Source: Podarcis bocagei
Taxonomy: Eukaryota
Length of the DNA: 64,000 nt
NCBI GenBank assembly: GCA_964188305.1
Contig: OZ076885.1
Direction: 5' to 3' (one strand)
This document shows positions 48,304 to 60,878 of this stretch, in pieces. The stretch's first letter is position 1, and each line of letters opens with the position of its first letter. The position numbers and the translations under genes were made by a program. Below the pieces are notes generated by a model. It made no database searches. It was given only the letters and a program-made list of their open reading frames with translations, and was not told where the DNA came from.

Positions 48304-48628
48304 AAAGGTAAAGGGACAGGGACCCCTGACCATTAGGTCCAGTCGTGACCGACTCTGGGGTTGCGGCGCTCATCTCAATTTATTGGCCGAGGGAGCCGGC
48401 GTACAGCTTCTGGGTCATGTGGCCAGCATGACTAAGCCACTTCTGGCAAACCAGAGCAGCACACGGAAACGCCGTTTACCTTCCCGCCGGAGTGGTACCT
48501 ATCTACTTACTTGCACTTGACGTGCTTTTGAACTGCTAGGTTGGCAGGAACTGGGACCTGAGCAATGGGAGCTCGCCCCATCGTGGGGATTTGAACCGCC
48601 GTCCTTCTGATCGGAAAGCCCTAGGCTC
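48304..48628 (-). mobile_element. Sauria SINE
   Basis: Matches the other copies; slightly 5'-truncated. Confidence 0.92.
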
Positions 48629-48634
48629 CAAAGG

Positions 48635-48900
48635 TCTCTTCTGTCTCCTGTGCTATTTAACACCTGTCTGAAACTGCTGGGAACTGTCATCCAGGGATTT
48701 GGAGCATCATTTCATCAGTATGCTAATGATATGCAGAATCAGGAGATGCTGTGAAGACAGGTGTCTGAAGGCAATGATGGACTGGATGGGGGCCAATAAA
48801 CTGAAGCTGAATCCTGATAAGATGGAAATGCTGTGGGTGGGTGGTTCCCATGTCTGGGAATTAGGTGTATGACCTACTCTGGGAGAGGCTGCAGCTCCCT
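48635..48900 (+). mobile_element. Decayed L2 RT fragment
   Basis: LSPVLFNTCLKLLG...HQYAND (YADD-like)...WMGANKLKLNPDK. Confidence 0.75.
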
Positions 48901-50225
48901 GACAGATCAGTTTTGTAGTTTTATAACGCAGGGTGGCCAATGTGGTGTCCTCCAGATGTTGGTGGACTCCAGCTCCCATATTCTCTGACCATTAGTAATA
49001 ATATGAATCAGATCAATGCCTCACCCAGTCCAGCACCCAGTTTGCCACAATGGCTACTGTTGTTCCCCTGCAGTTGCTAGTAAGTGGCATCCAGCCTCCG
49101 AACATGGGAGTCTTCCATCATGACTTTAGCCACTAATACCTTTGAAAGCCATCTAAGATGTAGGTGCAGTTGCTGTCACAACATCATGCAGCCTCCATCA
49201 ATTTATTATGCACTGTGTGAAGCAGCACCTTCCTTTGTCTGTTTCCAATCTTCTCCTGCCCATCAGTTTAATTAAATATCCCCAGATTTAGGCTTATTAG
49301 AAAAAGAGACAAGCTTCTCTAGGCCCTTAGTCTCTTCATATGCCGGTGATGTGCCAACAGTAGGGTGCTGCTGAGCTTACAATATTTGGAATTAATTCCT
49401 GTAAAAAGAACCTGCAGTGTCGCAAGTCTTAACCAAGAGAAATAACAGGAACGAATGCCCTGTATGAAATTTCACGATGCAAGTCAAATTTGATCATATT
49501 TTCATTTTGATTTGAATATTTATCCAGTATATCTGGGTATAAATTACAGGTTCTTTTTGCAGTTATCTGATTCTCCTTCCCCACTTTCCTGCTTAGTTTT
49601 CTTGAATACCTGTTTTGTTCAGTTAGACTAATGAAATAAAAAAAATAGAAATAGCTGGGGGAGGTGGGGTAGAGGGAAGGAGAGGGAGAAAGAAGTCGTA
49701 TTTCAAAGTGGCTTTTGTCTTTTTAATCATTTCAGTTCTTAAGATCAGGAAATGACCTCAGAGTGATTTATGTTCAGTGGGGAAGGCATCCTAGTCATAT
49801 GATCTTAAATAAGTAACCATTATTTTTGGCTGAAATTTGTCTGTTTGGAAAAGTGTTTTGAGCATGTAATAATATTGATAATTCTCAAATATAATCATGG
49901 CCTATCTTGTTGGAATAATAAAGCACAAGATCGAATTAAATTATACTCTTTATTTGGAGACACATAGAAGATGCAATATAGGACAATGTGATTAAATATA
50001 GTCAACTTTGTTCTGGCAAGATCCATTTATAATGTGGAAGAATTGGAATATTAATGTAATATTTTCCTTCTTCTTATCTGTATTCACAAAGAGCAGAATA
50101 ATAATTGTAGAAGTGCCAGATTGGCTCTGCCAGTGTGTTTGCACTGCACTGACAGCACCGCCACTCCTGTTCTCTGTCTCGCCATTCCAGTGAGCGCAAT
50201 GACTCATTTGCCAGGAGGTCAGTTA

Positions 50226-50902
50226 CTGTATTTTTCGCCCTATAGGACGCACCGTCCCATAAGGCGCACCTAGTTTTTTTGGGGGGAAATAAAGGGGGAA
50301 AAATTATTTCCCCCCCAGGCGTGGGGCTGGGGCGGCCCGAGCTTCCCCTGACCCCAGCCCCCAAATAGGCAGCTCTCAGCGCGGGCAGGCTTCGGGATGC
50401 CGGCAACTCTCCCCAAGCAGCGGGAGCGTTCCCGCTGCTTGCGGAGAGGTCCGCAAAGCCTGGAGGCGCTGAGATCAGCGCGCGCAGGCTTTGGGATGCC
50501 GGCAACTCTCCCCAGGCAGCGGGAGCATTCCCGCTGCTTGCAGAGAGGTCCGCGAAGCCTGGACGCGCTGAGATCAGCGCGCGCAGGCTTCGGGATGCCG
50601 GCAACTCTCCCCAAGCAGCGGGAGCGTTCCCACTGCTTGCGGAGAGATCCGCAAAGCCTGGAGGCGCTGAGATCAGTGCGCGCAGGCTTCGGGATGCCGG
50701 CAACTCTCCCCAAGCAGCGGGAGCGCTCCCGCTGCTTGCGGAGAGGTCCGCGAAGCCTGGAGAGCTAGAGGGGTCGGTGCGCACCGACCGCTCTCGCTCT
50801 CCAGGCTTCAGCGAAAGCCTGCATTCGCCCCATAGGACGCACACACATTTCCCCTTCATTTTTGGAGGGGAAAAAGTGCGTCCTATAGGGCGAAAAATAC
50901 GG
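50226..50902. mobile_element. Mariner/pogo-type MITE with about four 99-bp internal tandem repeats
   Basis: TIR ctgtatttttcgccctataggacgcac / gtgcgtcctatagggcgaaaaatacgg with TA TSD; units start at 50376, 50475, 50574, 50673. Confidence 0.92.
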
Positions 50903-53900
50903 TAAGTGCCTCCACTCCACAGCTGTCCACGACTGTTTAAGCCTGATGGCTTTAGTTCTTGGCCAAAGAAATAGTTTGGGGCTTAGCTTTCATCAACCCA
51001 TTCAGAATAATAATAATAAAAAATAGCAAGGGAAAGAATAACTTTAGACTTGTTTTTACCTAATTTTTTGCAGGCTGATTCTGCCTCTTCCTGTCTTTGA
51101 CATAGCACAAGCAGAAGCAACCCTTGCAACATGTGAGAGAGGAAAAATAGAGCAAAGCTGAAAAGTGATTGGAGACCAGCTCCCAGCAAAGGCAAAATAA
51201 TTCCCTTGCACTGGTGCTGGGCATTGTGGTCATGATCCTGTACTGCACAGCATATATTCAGAATCTTAAGAGATTATTCTCTGTGGAAGGCTTTCTTCTC
51301 TTGTATTCTCTTCTCCATGTGAAAAATGTACACTCTTATTTCAGGCACCACCCTAAACTATGGTTTTCTTATGCCAAGCACAGTTAAGAACCCACACCAT
51401 GGTTTGAAGTTCCAGACGTTCGGCAAGTAATCTGTAGTTTAGAGGTGCTTGTCTGCTTCCATCGGATCAGCACACAGCTTCATAAATCTGCTTCTGTCTC
51501 CATGGTGCAGCAGTCTCTGTAGGTGGAGCAGTGGCCCTAGCTAGCTTTCTAGTGGTTTGTGAATTCCAGCATGAGCGCAAACCACAGCTTGCAGAATTTG
51601 TGTTTGCAAGCCAGCTTCAAACTGTGTGGTTCAATATCCTGTTTTGCAAACTATGGCCTGTAAATTGGCATAGCTTCAGACATGACGCCAAATGATGGTT
51701 AAGGAAAGACCATAGCTCAGTGATGGCAGAGTACATGCTGTGAATGTATAAGTGTCTCAGGTTCAATTCATGACTTCTCTAGGTAAGACTGGGAATAGGC
51801 CCTGGACAGCTACTTCCAGCCAAGAACAGTTTGGAGATGGGTAAATCCTTCTGACATTGTTGGACTCTCAGTTCTTATCAGCACCAGTTAGAGATGATGA
51901 GACACAACAGCATCTGAAGTGCTACAGATTCCTTATTCCTGGAGTAGACATCACCGAGATCAATGGACCAATGGTCTAATTCAGGATAATGCTTCATGTT
52001 TGCAATTTAGCTTTATGTTTGAGTACAACAACTGCCTCAATATTGTCAGCATTGTGCAAATAGTTGTTTATGAAGCACTGGAAGAAATGCTGCCAGCAAT
52101 TGTAGTTTGGGAAGTATGTTCAGAAGTCTCCAGCATGCTAATCTATGCACAGAGAGACTTAACTGCAGTAGTTTCCTTGCATAGCCAGCAAAACTTTCAG
52201 AAAACAATGCTAGGAGCAGGAGATAGGCATCACACAGGGATTTATTTTTAAGAAGAGAGTATGCCAGAAGAGAAATGACAATAGGTTATGAGAGATGGAT
52301 CATGACCATTAAATGATGAACAGCACCCAAACGAGCCTCTGGTTGGAGGCTGCTTAGTGCATCTCTGTATGAGTCATTGTTCTCTCCCTGCAGGCTTAAA
52401 TTACTGAGTTTTTTTGGCCTGCAATGTAATTTTTTGTGGGGGGTTTATAGCTCAAGTCTCAGAAATTTGGGAAACACTGAAGGTTGACTTAAGTAAAATG
52501 TCACACTGCTTTCAGCATCTCATTTACACCACAGTAAAGTAGTTTCGATAAATTGATGCATTCATGGTGATGGAGAATGGTCATTTGCATACTCGCCAAT
52601 GGGAAAAAATGGAACCCCCTATTTTTTCATGTGAGATTGCAGAAGCCATTTTGAGTGCTGCATTCTTGCCTTGAAAGAGACACATTTTTCAGGGCAAGAT
52701 CGTGGTCTGGGTCCCGGAAGATGCACATCCCATTTTTTTTAATCTGCAAAAGTTGGATAGTATGCATTTGAGTGTGTGTGTGTGCACGCGTCTTCGTCTT
52801 CTCGGTTTGTGATACTTTTCTTGAAGAAACAGAATAGAAAAAGGAAGAGAAAATTAGCTGCAGTTTGCGTATGCATGTACACACAAGTATGTGCATGTAG
52901 GGGAGTTTAAGCAAGATTATGATTTCACGATACCACCATAATGCTGAGATGCCACCTCAGAGTAGGGAATTAGTCAATGTGATTTCCATAGCTCTTAGCC
53001 TAAGGATGTGCTGACCTGAAGGGTATTTGCAAAGTTTGTGGAATGATCATGCAAACCAGGGGCAAATGGTTGAGCAACACTATTTTCTTTCAACATTTCC
53101 TCCTATGTCCAGTTTCTCACAGACTGGAAAAAAAAATCCTGCTGGGGTGTGTATCCATATGTTGCATTCATCAAGCTACTATAGCATTCCTTCTTTCTGT
53201 GTGGGTCTCGGAACTAGAGTCCTTACTTGGGCTTCCATGTCTCAACTGTTCCTGCTCACACAAGAGGCAGGTAGGTTTATAAACAGCTTATCCTGATTAC
53301 AAACTCACATAGCAACCTTCCTTTCCTGTAGTTAAGCTGAACAGCTCAGACCACCTTCCACTTGCTCCAACATACACACTGAGATGGAGCAATTGAGAGC
53401 AACACCCCATGGGACTAAACCATACCAGGAAAGTATGGGGGGGGGAACCAGACTGTTCCATTACAGTTCCCTCGAAAATGCATCCAACCACAGTTGTCAT
53501 TCATTCCAGAGTCCACAGCATCTGTTAATTTGAAAGCATTATCACAAATCCTCTTGGCTACCTCACACACATTGCACTGCCAATTCATAGGGGAAGGAGA
53601 AGTCAAAAGGTGTCTGCTTTTTTATATCTAGTGTGACATGCAGTAATGGTTAAGTAATAAGAAGTGTGATAGACGTACTCTTCCCACGTGTGTCTATTCT
53701 TTCTATCTGGTGAGGAGTTTTTAGGTGTTTCCTTCATATCAGCTGTACAGTAGCAGCCTCTCTGACAAGACTGATCATTGTAATCTTCTGCGTGCTTATT
53801 TGTTCAGTAGAATTCACTTCTGAGTAAACGCGCATAGGATTGCACAGTAAATGCATCTTTTAAACATGGTTGAGTGTATGCAGTCTGCTGCACCCATTGT

Positions 53901-54750
53901 CAATACTGTGAGCCGTATGCAGCCAAACATGGAGCTATGAATGTATGTCCTAGGATTGGTTCTAGAGTCAGGACTGTTGGGGCAGATCCCACAGGAGGGC
54001 TTCTGTATGCTCCTGGTCTCCATCTCCAATCAGGTCCAGCCAGCATGGCCAATAGTCAGGGACGATGGGAGTTGTAATCCAGCAACATCGGGAAGACCAC
54101 AGCCCCCCATCCCTGGTTTACACAGAGCTAAGGAAGCAAGAAACATGCAAATGTAGTAGAGGGTCAATCTGGAAGGCAGAATTTATCACAGGCCAGGGTC
54201 AAAGCCAAAGAGTGCTGCCTTACAAGGAGCCTGGAGAGACGCATGTGCCGTGATTCTTGTAAAATTTAACTGAGGGAACCAGTTGGAGGGAACCAGAGCA
54301 TATCTGGAGGAGAGTGGGGAGTCCACCTGTACCAAAAGAGGGTAGTTACCTGAGCAGGGATGGGGAACCTGTAACCCTCCAGATCTTGTTGTGAGGCGTG
54401 AAGGCCGCTCCCTGCAAGGCCCTATCCACCTGGCCTAGGGGGCGAGGCCCACACTCACCCAGCCCTACGGAAGAGGCTCCTCATGAGGCCGGAGAAACAT
54501 CACTCGGCTATTCTTTTATTGATTTAATATGCTGTACACTGCTTTGAGGTTTTAATTAAAAAATATAAAGCGGTATAGAAATGAAAAAACTCAAAAATAA
54601 AATGAAATAAATATTTTTGGATTACAACTCCCATCATCACTGATCATTGACTATTGACCATGCTGGCTGGGGCTTGTGGAAGCAGCACCCAAACAAGATC
54701 TGGAGAGTCATAGATTCCCCATTGATGGGTTAGAGAATTATAATGCAATA

Positions 54751-54980
54751 CAGTGGTACCTCAGGTTACATACGCTTCAGGTTACATACGCTTCAGTTTA
54801 CAGACTCCGCTAACCCAGAAATAGTACCTCGGGTTAAGAACTTTGCTTCAGGATGAGAACACAAATCGTGCTCCGGCAGCGCAGCGGCAGCAGGAGGCCC
54901 CATTAGCTAAAGTGGTGCTTCAGGTTAAGAACAGTTTCAGGTTAAGAACGGAATTAAGTACTTAACCTGAGGTACCACTG
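54751..54980. mobile_element. Tc1/mariner-pogo-type MITE, family A
   Basis: TIR cagtggtacctcaggtta / taacctgaggtaccactg with TA TSD. Confidence 0.93.
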
Positions 54981-55974
54981 TAGTTGCTCTTATCATGCTA
55001 TATCTTATGTACAGTTTCTCAGCAAGGTGGTAGAGTGAGTGCTGTGAGTAAGGTGTTTTGAAACAAACCTGAAATATGTTTTGGTTGCTTTGCTTCATAT
55101 TTTTCCTTTCTCTCTATACTGACCTGAGAGAACCCAGTTAGCTTTGAGTCCAACTGCAAATTCTGCCAACTTGTATGATTTCTATTGGAACGTAATGTTT
55201 TTTTCATAAACGTTTAATTTGATCTATAAACTTTAGAAAACCACGCTGCTCTTTGGATGGCAGTTCCAACTTGCTTGTGATTTACATGTATCAGGTGCTA
55301 AATACTGTATGCAGATTCAAATTTAATAGCTGACTGTGTATAATTAGCTAAATTCATAAATACCAGATGACAGGTTCTGTACTCTTCAGTGCAAAGTTTG
55401 CATTTTTAATCAGCACTTTAGATCCAAGTTCTCCTCATGTAGGTTTGTGTAACTATGTGAAATTTGCAAATTGTTCTGAACATTCAGTTCAGCTGTTCCC
55501 CAGCTGATGCTGTTTACTCTGGAATAGTCCTATTGAATTCAATATGTTAAAAAAACTCATCAATTCACAAATGATATCAAGTTATAAGCAAGACACTGAA
55601 AAAAGTTCAAATCTAAGTTGTAATACAAATACTGTCAAAAGCTTTTTGTTACTTAACCTCCCATGTTTTTCTTGAGACACTTTAGTTAAATAATGTGAGA
55701 TATAATTTATCGCCCCCCCCCCCGTTTTTTGTTTTAAAGAGTTTAAAACTTTACCGGGAACTAAACTGCAATTGTTTTTGGCTAATGCCTGTGTTAGAAC
55801 TTTGGCTTTTTATAAAAGGTTACATGCAATTTGATAGAATTTGTAAATTGATAGGTTGTTTTTGTCTTGTTTTTATTGCATCTTCTCTTTGTGTGCGTGT
55901 GTGTTTGAATGAGCAGACATGACCCTGCTGTGCTTTGTAATAAAGCTATTTCCCCCTCCTTCCCAAGTGCGGAG

Positions 55975-57045
55975 GAAACAGGATGTCCAGGGAGGTGTGC
56001 TGTCTTCCAAGTGCAAAGATTCACAATGTGACAGAGAAGTTGCCAAGTCTTATAAAACCCATTGACTGCTACCCCTTTCTTCTGATTCATGTGGGTACAA
56101 ATAATACTGCCACACACAACCTTCAATGTATAGCATGGGACTGTGAGACTCTGGGCAGGGAGCTGAAGAGCCTTGGGGTACGGGTGGTCTTTTCATCACC
56201 CCTTCCTGTTTAAGGTCATGACCCAAGAAGAAAGAAAAACATACTCAGGTGATGTCATCATGAAGGGTTTCACTTCTTGGATCATGCCCCCTGCTTCCTT
56301 GAGGAAGGACTTCTGGCAAGAGATGGATTGTACAGTGGTTGGCAAGAATCTGTTTGTGAAGAGTTCCACAAACCTGATCAGGAGAACTTTAAGCTAGATC
56401 TTGAGGTGGAGGGAGAAAACATTACAGACAACAAAAGAACACCTTGTACTGGGGTTAATAGCGTAATTGATTCACAGGAAACTGAGGTGGTACTCCAGAA
56501 ACCTGCTAAAGAGCAAGAAACTATAACAAGGAAGCAGCTGGAGAGAATAAATCAAGATTTCAGTTGTCTCTATACAAATGCACATAGTATTGGAAACGAG
56601 CAAGACGAATTGGAGCTTTTAATACAGGGTGGCAAATATGGCCTGGTAGGCATTATTGAAACCTGGTGGGATGATGATGATGATGATGAAGAAGAAGAAG
56701 AAGAAGAAGAAGAAGAGTTTGGATTTGATATCCCGCCTTTCACTCCCTTTAAGGAGTCTCAAAGCGGCTAACATTCTCCTTTCCCTTCCTCCCCCACAAC
56801 AAACACTCTGTGAGGTGAGTGGGGCTGAGAGACTTCAAAGAAGTGTGACCGGCCCAAGGTCACCCAGCAGCTGCATGTGGAGGAGCGGAGACGCAAACCC
56901 GGTTCCCCAGATTACGAGACTACTGCACTTAACCACCACACCACACTGGCTCTCCAGTCATGACTGGAATGTAGGAACTGAGGGGTATAACCTGTTCAAA
57001 AGGAATAGACCAAACAGGAAGGGAGGAGGAGTAGCATTTTATGCT
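55975..57045 (+). mobile_element. Decayed CR1 LINE: ORF1 esterase end plus ORF2 endonuclease start
   Basis: REVCCLPSAKI...LLIHVGTNNTA (SGNH-type ORF1); CLYTNAHSIGNEQDELELLI...GIIETWWDD | SHDWNV...YNLFKRNRPNRKGGGVAFY (APE endonuclease). Confidence 0.9.
56670..56953 (-). mobile_element. Young tRNA-derived squamate SINE (Squam3-like) with (TTC)n(ATC)n tail, inserted in the CR1 endonuclease
   Basis: Minus head gagagccagtgtggtgtggtggttaag; splits the WWDD|SHDW motif. Confidence 0.85.
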
Positions 57046-57343
57046 GGGAGGAGCACAGAGAAAAGAGATGCCATGGTGCATCTGCAGCAGCACAACTGGA
57101 CACCTTCATCTGCCCCAGCTGCAACAAACCATGTCTCTCCCATCAGCCATATCAGGCATTGTAACCTTCCAGCAGTTGGATGCCAACCAACCAACCATGG
57201 GTGATTCTGATTTGGTTTGAGCTCCTCTACCCCTTTGTTTTGTGTCTTGTGTTTTCATTAAAAAAGAATCTGAGCCTGAAGTTTCCCCAATATGTTGTAA
57301 CTGCCATGCTGTTTCTCAGTGGTTTGGCTATGTAGCGGTAATA

Positions 57344-58114
57344 CAGTGGTGCCTCGCAAGACGAAATTAATTCGTTCCGCAAGTTTTTTCTTCTTGCGAG
57401 TTTTTCGTCTTGCGAAGCACGGTTTCCCATAGGAATGCATTGAAAATCAATTAATGCGTTCCTAGGGAAACCGCCTTCAGACCAGGTCCGGGGACAGTCT
57501 GTCCCCCGACCTCTTCTGAAGGCTGTGGGGGGGGGGACAAGGGCTTTTCTTCCCACTGCCAGCCTTCAGAAGGCTGTTCTGAAGGCTGGCGGTGGGAAGA
57601 AAAGCCCTTCTTCCCACCTCCCGCCCGCAAGCTCCGGGGACAGGAGGGCTTTGCTGCCGACCGCCAGCATTTTAAAAGCCCCTGCTGTCCCGGGGCGATT
57701 TTAAAATGCTGGCGGGCGGGAGCGAAGCCTCCGCTGTCCCGGGGAGATTTTAAAATGCTGGGGGTCGGCAGCGAACACTTCGCTCCCGCCCGCCAGCATT
57801 TTAAAATCTCCCCGGGACAGCAGAGAAGTCTCCGCTGTCCCGGGAAGGCAGGCGGGGGGGGGGCAAAGACTTTTGCCCCCCGCCGGCCTTCAGAAGAGGT
57901 CCAGGACCTCTTCTGAAGGCCGGCTGTGGGCGAAAGTCTTTGCTCCCGACCGCCAGCAATTTAAAACAGGTCCCCGGAGATTTCCCTATGGGCTTTCGTC
58001 TTGCGAAGCAAGCCCATAGGGAAATTCGTCTTGCGAAGCGCCTCCAAAACAGAAAACCCTTTCGTCTTGCGGGTTTTCCGTCTTGCGAGGCATTCGTCTT
58101 GCGGGGTACCACTG
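57344..58114. mobile_element. Tigger/pogo-like MITE with subterminal cgtcttgcg repeats
   Basis: TIR cagtggtgcctcgcaagacgaa / ttcgtcttgcggggtaccactg with TA TSD; CpG-rich. Confidence 0.92.
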
Positions 58115-58589
58115 TAATTCACTTTGCTATTGGTATGCGTAATATTGGCATATACAATATAGTCAAGCCAACAATGAAGGATGCTCAATATTGGCCAGGA
58201 GCTCTGGTCACCCTTGGTCCAAGGCTGCTACTGCAACACACTTCTTCTGAATCTTTCAATGTGTTGAGGTCTTTGAAGGGGATATTCCTCTACTCCTAGG
58301 AATGTTGCTGTGGTTGCTGTGCAATAAGAAATACATTTCTCAGTGCATTCATAAATGCTACATAATTTTATGAGCTTCTCTTCAAGACAGCTGATCAAGT
58401 CAGTGCATATTTTTTTTACTAGTCCACAAATGCTGATGTTAATTATTTATTAGTTGTTACATTTATATCTCACCTTTCCTGCGAGGAGCTCAGGGTAGCA
58501 TACATGCGTCTATCCCTCTTCATTTGATTCTCACAGCAGCCCTGTGAAGTTGGTGAGGCTGAAAGAAAGTGACTAGCTCAAGGCCACGC

Positions 58590-58913
58590 AGGGAACTCGG
58601 TCCAGTATACCTGAAGGAGCATCTCCATCCCCATCGTTCTACCCGGACACTAAGGTCCAGCTCCGAGGGCCTCCTGGCGGTTCCCTCACTGCGAGAAGCC
58701 AAGTTACAGGGAACCAGGCAGAGGGCCTTCTCGGTAGTGGCGCCCTCCCTGTGGAACGGCCTCCCACCAGATGTCAAAGAGAAAAACAACTACCTGACAT
58801 TCAGAAGACATCTTAAGGCAGCCCTGTTCAGGGAAGTTTTTAATGTATGACATAGAAGTGTATTTTTGGTCTTTGTGGAAGCCGCCCAGAGTGGCTGGGG
58901 AAACCCAGCCAGA
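58590..58913 (+). mobile_element. L2 3' fragment inserted in a minus-strand SINE (58445-59120)
   Basis: GPVYLKEHL...RTLRSS...RAFSVVAPSLWNGLP; the SINE resumes after the gap (tttgaacccaggtctccc). Confidence 0.88.
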
Positions 58914-59059
58914 NNNNNNNNNNNNNNNNNNNNNNNNNNNNNNNNNNNNNNNNNNNNNNNNNNNNNNNNNNNNNNNNNNNNNNNNNNNNNNNNNNNNNNN
59001 NNNNNNNNNNNNNNNNNNNNNNNNNNNNNNNNNNNNNNNNNNNNNNNNNNNNNNNNNNN
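58914..59059. other. Assembly gap
   Basis: Run of N. Confidence 1.
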
Positions 59060-59958
59060 ATTTTGAACCCAGGTCTCCCAGGCCATAGTCAAATACTGAT
59101 CATTACACCACACTGCTTCTGTTTGTAGCATCTTAAGAACTAAAGACCAGGGCTTGCCTCCCCAGAAGAGATTCTCATTCATCACAGGTGATTGTCCAGC
59201 TAGCTATTTACATGCCTGCTTGTAAAGTAATACCATATTTTGTACTTGTTGTCACTTATTGAATAATCAGGCATTTGTTGAGTAAATGCAAATGGGGAAC
59301 TTCCTTTATCACCGTCTTCCCAGCCTTGCTAACCCATTTGGCACTATAATTGGTATGCACACTCCATGGCCTATAATTTCAGTTTCAAGACATTCACTGA
59401 CTACTCTGGAAAATGTTTGGTAGCTAAATTAAGAATTTGGAAATGCATAGTAGGCAGCAATTCTGTCACCCATGAAGATGTTATTCCCAAAGCGCTCATT
59501 CCCACAACGGTTTTCTAATTTGGCTCCTGTTAAAGCTGGATAGAATTGACTCATATGTCATCTTGAAGCTCCCCCACAGCTGCGGCTCTTTCCCCCTGCC
59601 TCTTTTGCAATGCAGCAGTTGCAAGCTTGGCCTGGAGCATGACATCATGAGCTCCGCAGTGTGGTCAGGATCAGTCTTGGGTTGGCAAGCTCTGACTCAG
59701 GAGGCGGAGGAAGAAGAAGCAGAGGAGCGGGCTGAACGGTGAGGGCGTAGTTTGGAGGAGGGGGGAACCTCCCCTTCGCACCCTGACTTCAGCTGTTGTG
59801 GAAGGGGGAGCAGGGGTGCCTTCTCCCCCCTCCAGCCTTCCTGTGGAGCAGAGAGCCTCGGTGGAGGCTGGAGAGGGCTTTAATCAGCTGAGGGGTGTGC
59901 TTCAACTGGCAGGTACACTCAAACTAGATGACACTTTTGCATCTGCCCCTATGGAGTA

Positions 59959-60015
<57 letters not shown>

Positions 60016-60017
<2 letters not shown>

Positions 60018-60619
60018 TTTCGTAGATTTTCACGGGTACAGGAATGTAGGTTTTGGTGTCTTCGGGTGTCTTCCCGTGTAAGAGTTGGGGTGTCTAGGCG
60101 ACGTTTCGACGAGGTCTCACTCGTCATCTTCAGGCTGGTGCTTTCGGCTTCTTGTTACTAGAACAGAGCAGGATCTCAGTGTTTGAGTTCCTATAAATAC
60201 TGTTGAGGGGGTGTGGTGTATAGCCTCCAACGTTCTGGGCAGAGAGGAAGTTCCTAGGTTAACGTGCCTTTTCTTCTTTTGTTCATTAATTACTTGAGGG
60301 ATATCTTGAGTGATTACTTGAGTGATATTCTTGAGTGATATCACTCAAGTAATCACTCAAGATATCCCTCAAGTAATTAATGAACAAAAGAAGAAAAGGC
60401 ACATTAACCTAGGAACTTCCTCTCTGCCCAGAACGTTGGAGGCTATACACCACACCCCCTCAACAGTATTTATAGGAACTCAAACACTGAGATCCTGCTC
60501 TGTTCTAGTAACAAGAAGCCGAAAGCACCAGCCTGAAGATGACGAGTGAGACCTCGTCGAAACGTCGCCTAGACACCCCAACTCTTACACGGGAAGACAC
60601 CCGAAGACACCAAAACCTA
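60016..60619. mobile_element. Penelope-like element: inverted pseudo-LTR pair with ~31-nt tail, in (TA)n
   Basis: Arms 60047-60328 / 60338-60619 (282 bp, one mismatch seen); unpaired tail 60016-60046; (TA)n on both sides; hammerhead-like core. Confidence 0.85.
60533..60566 (+). ncRNA. Minimal hammerhead-ribozyme-like motif (mirror copy 60100-60133 on minus)
   Basis: CUGAAGA-U-GACGAG ugagac CUCGUC-GAAA-CGUC; 6-bp stem II, palindromic ACGU; stem I only about 2 bp. Confidence 0.55.
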
Positions 60620-60640
60620 TATATATATATATATATATAT

Positions 60641-60878
60641 GAAATGAACAAATTCCTATGCCCCACAAATAACCCAGAGAGGCATTTTAAATGAAAGCAC
60701 ACATTCTACTCATGTAAAAACACCAGGCAGCCCCCACAAATAACCCAGAGAGGCATTTTAAATAAAAGGACACATTCTACTCATGTAAAAACATGCTGAT
60801 TCCCGGACCGTCCGTGGGCCGGATTTAGAAGGCGATTGGGCCGGATCCGGCCCACGGGCCTTAGGTTGCCTACCCCTG
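60641..60878. mobile_element. hAT MITE, one end only
   Basis: Ends ggttgcctacccctg; same family as 42121/45069/47984; internal duplication; other TIR absent. Confidence 0.85.

Noticed and set aside
50074-50859. 261-aa ORF with 33-aa repeats
   Set aside because: Product of the 99-bp GC-rich tandem repeat in a MITE; several frames on both strands are open.
54470-54510. ctcatgaggccggagaaac resembling a hammerhead core
   Set aside because: CUGA is broken and no stem II forms; it precedes an L2-type tail.
56277-57204. ORFs with poly-D/E or poly-M/K tracts
   Set aside because: SINE microsatellite tail inside a decayed CR1.
60117-60549. Two near-identical 75-aa ORFs on opposite strands
   Set aside because: Consequence of the palindrome; non-ATG starts and no protein features.
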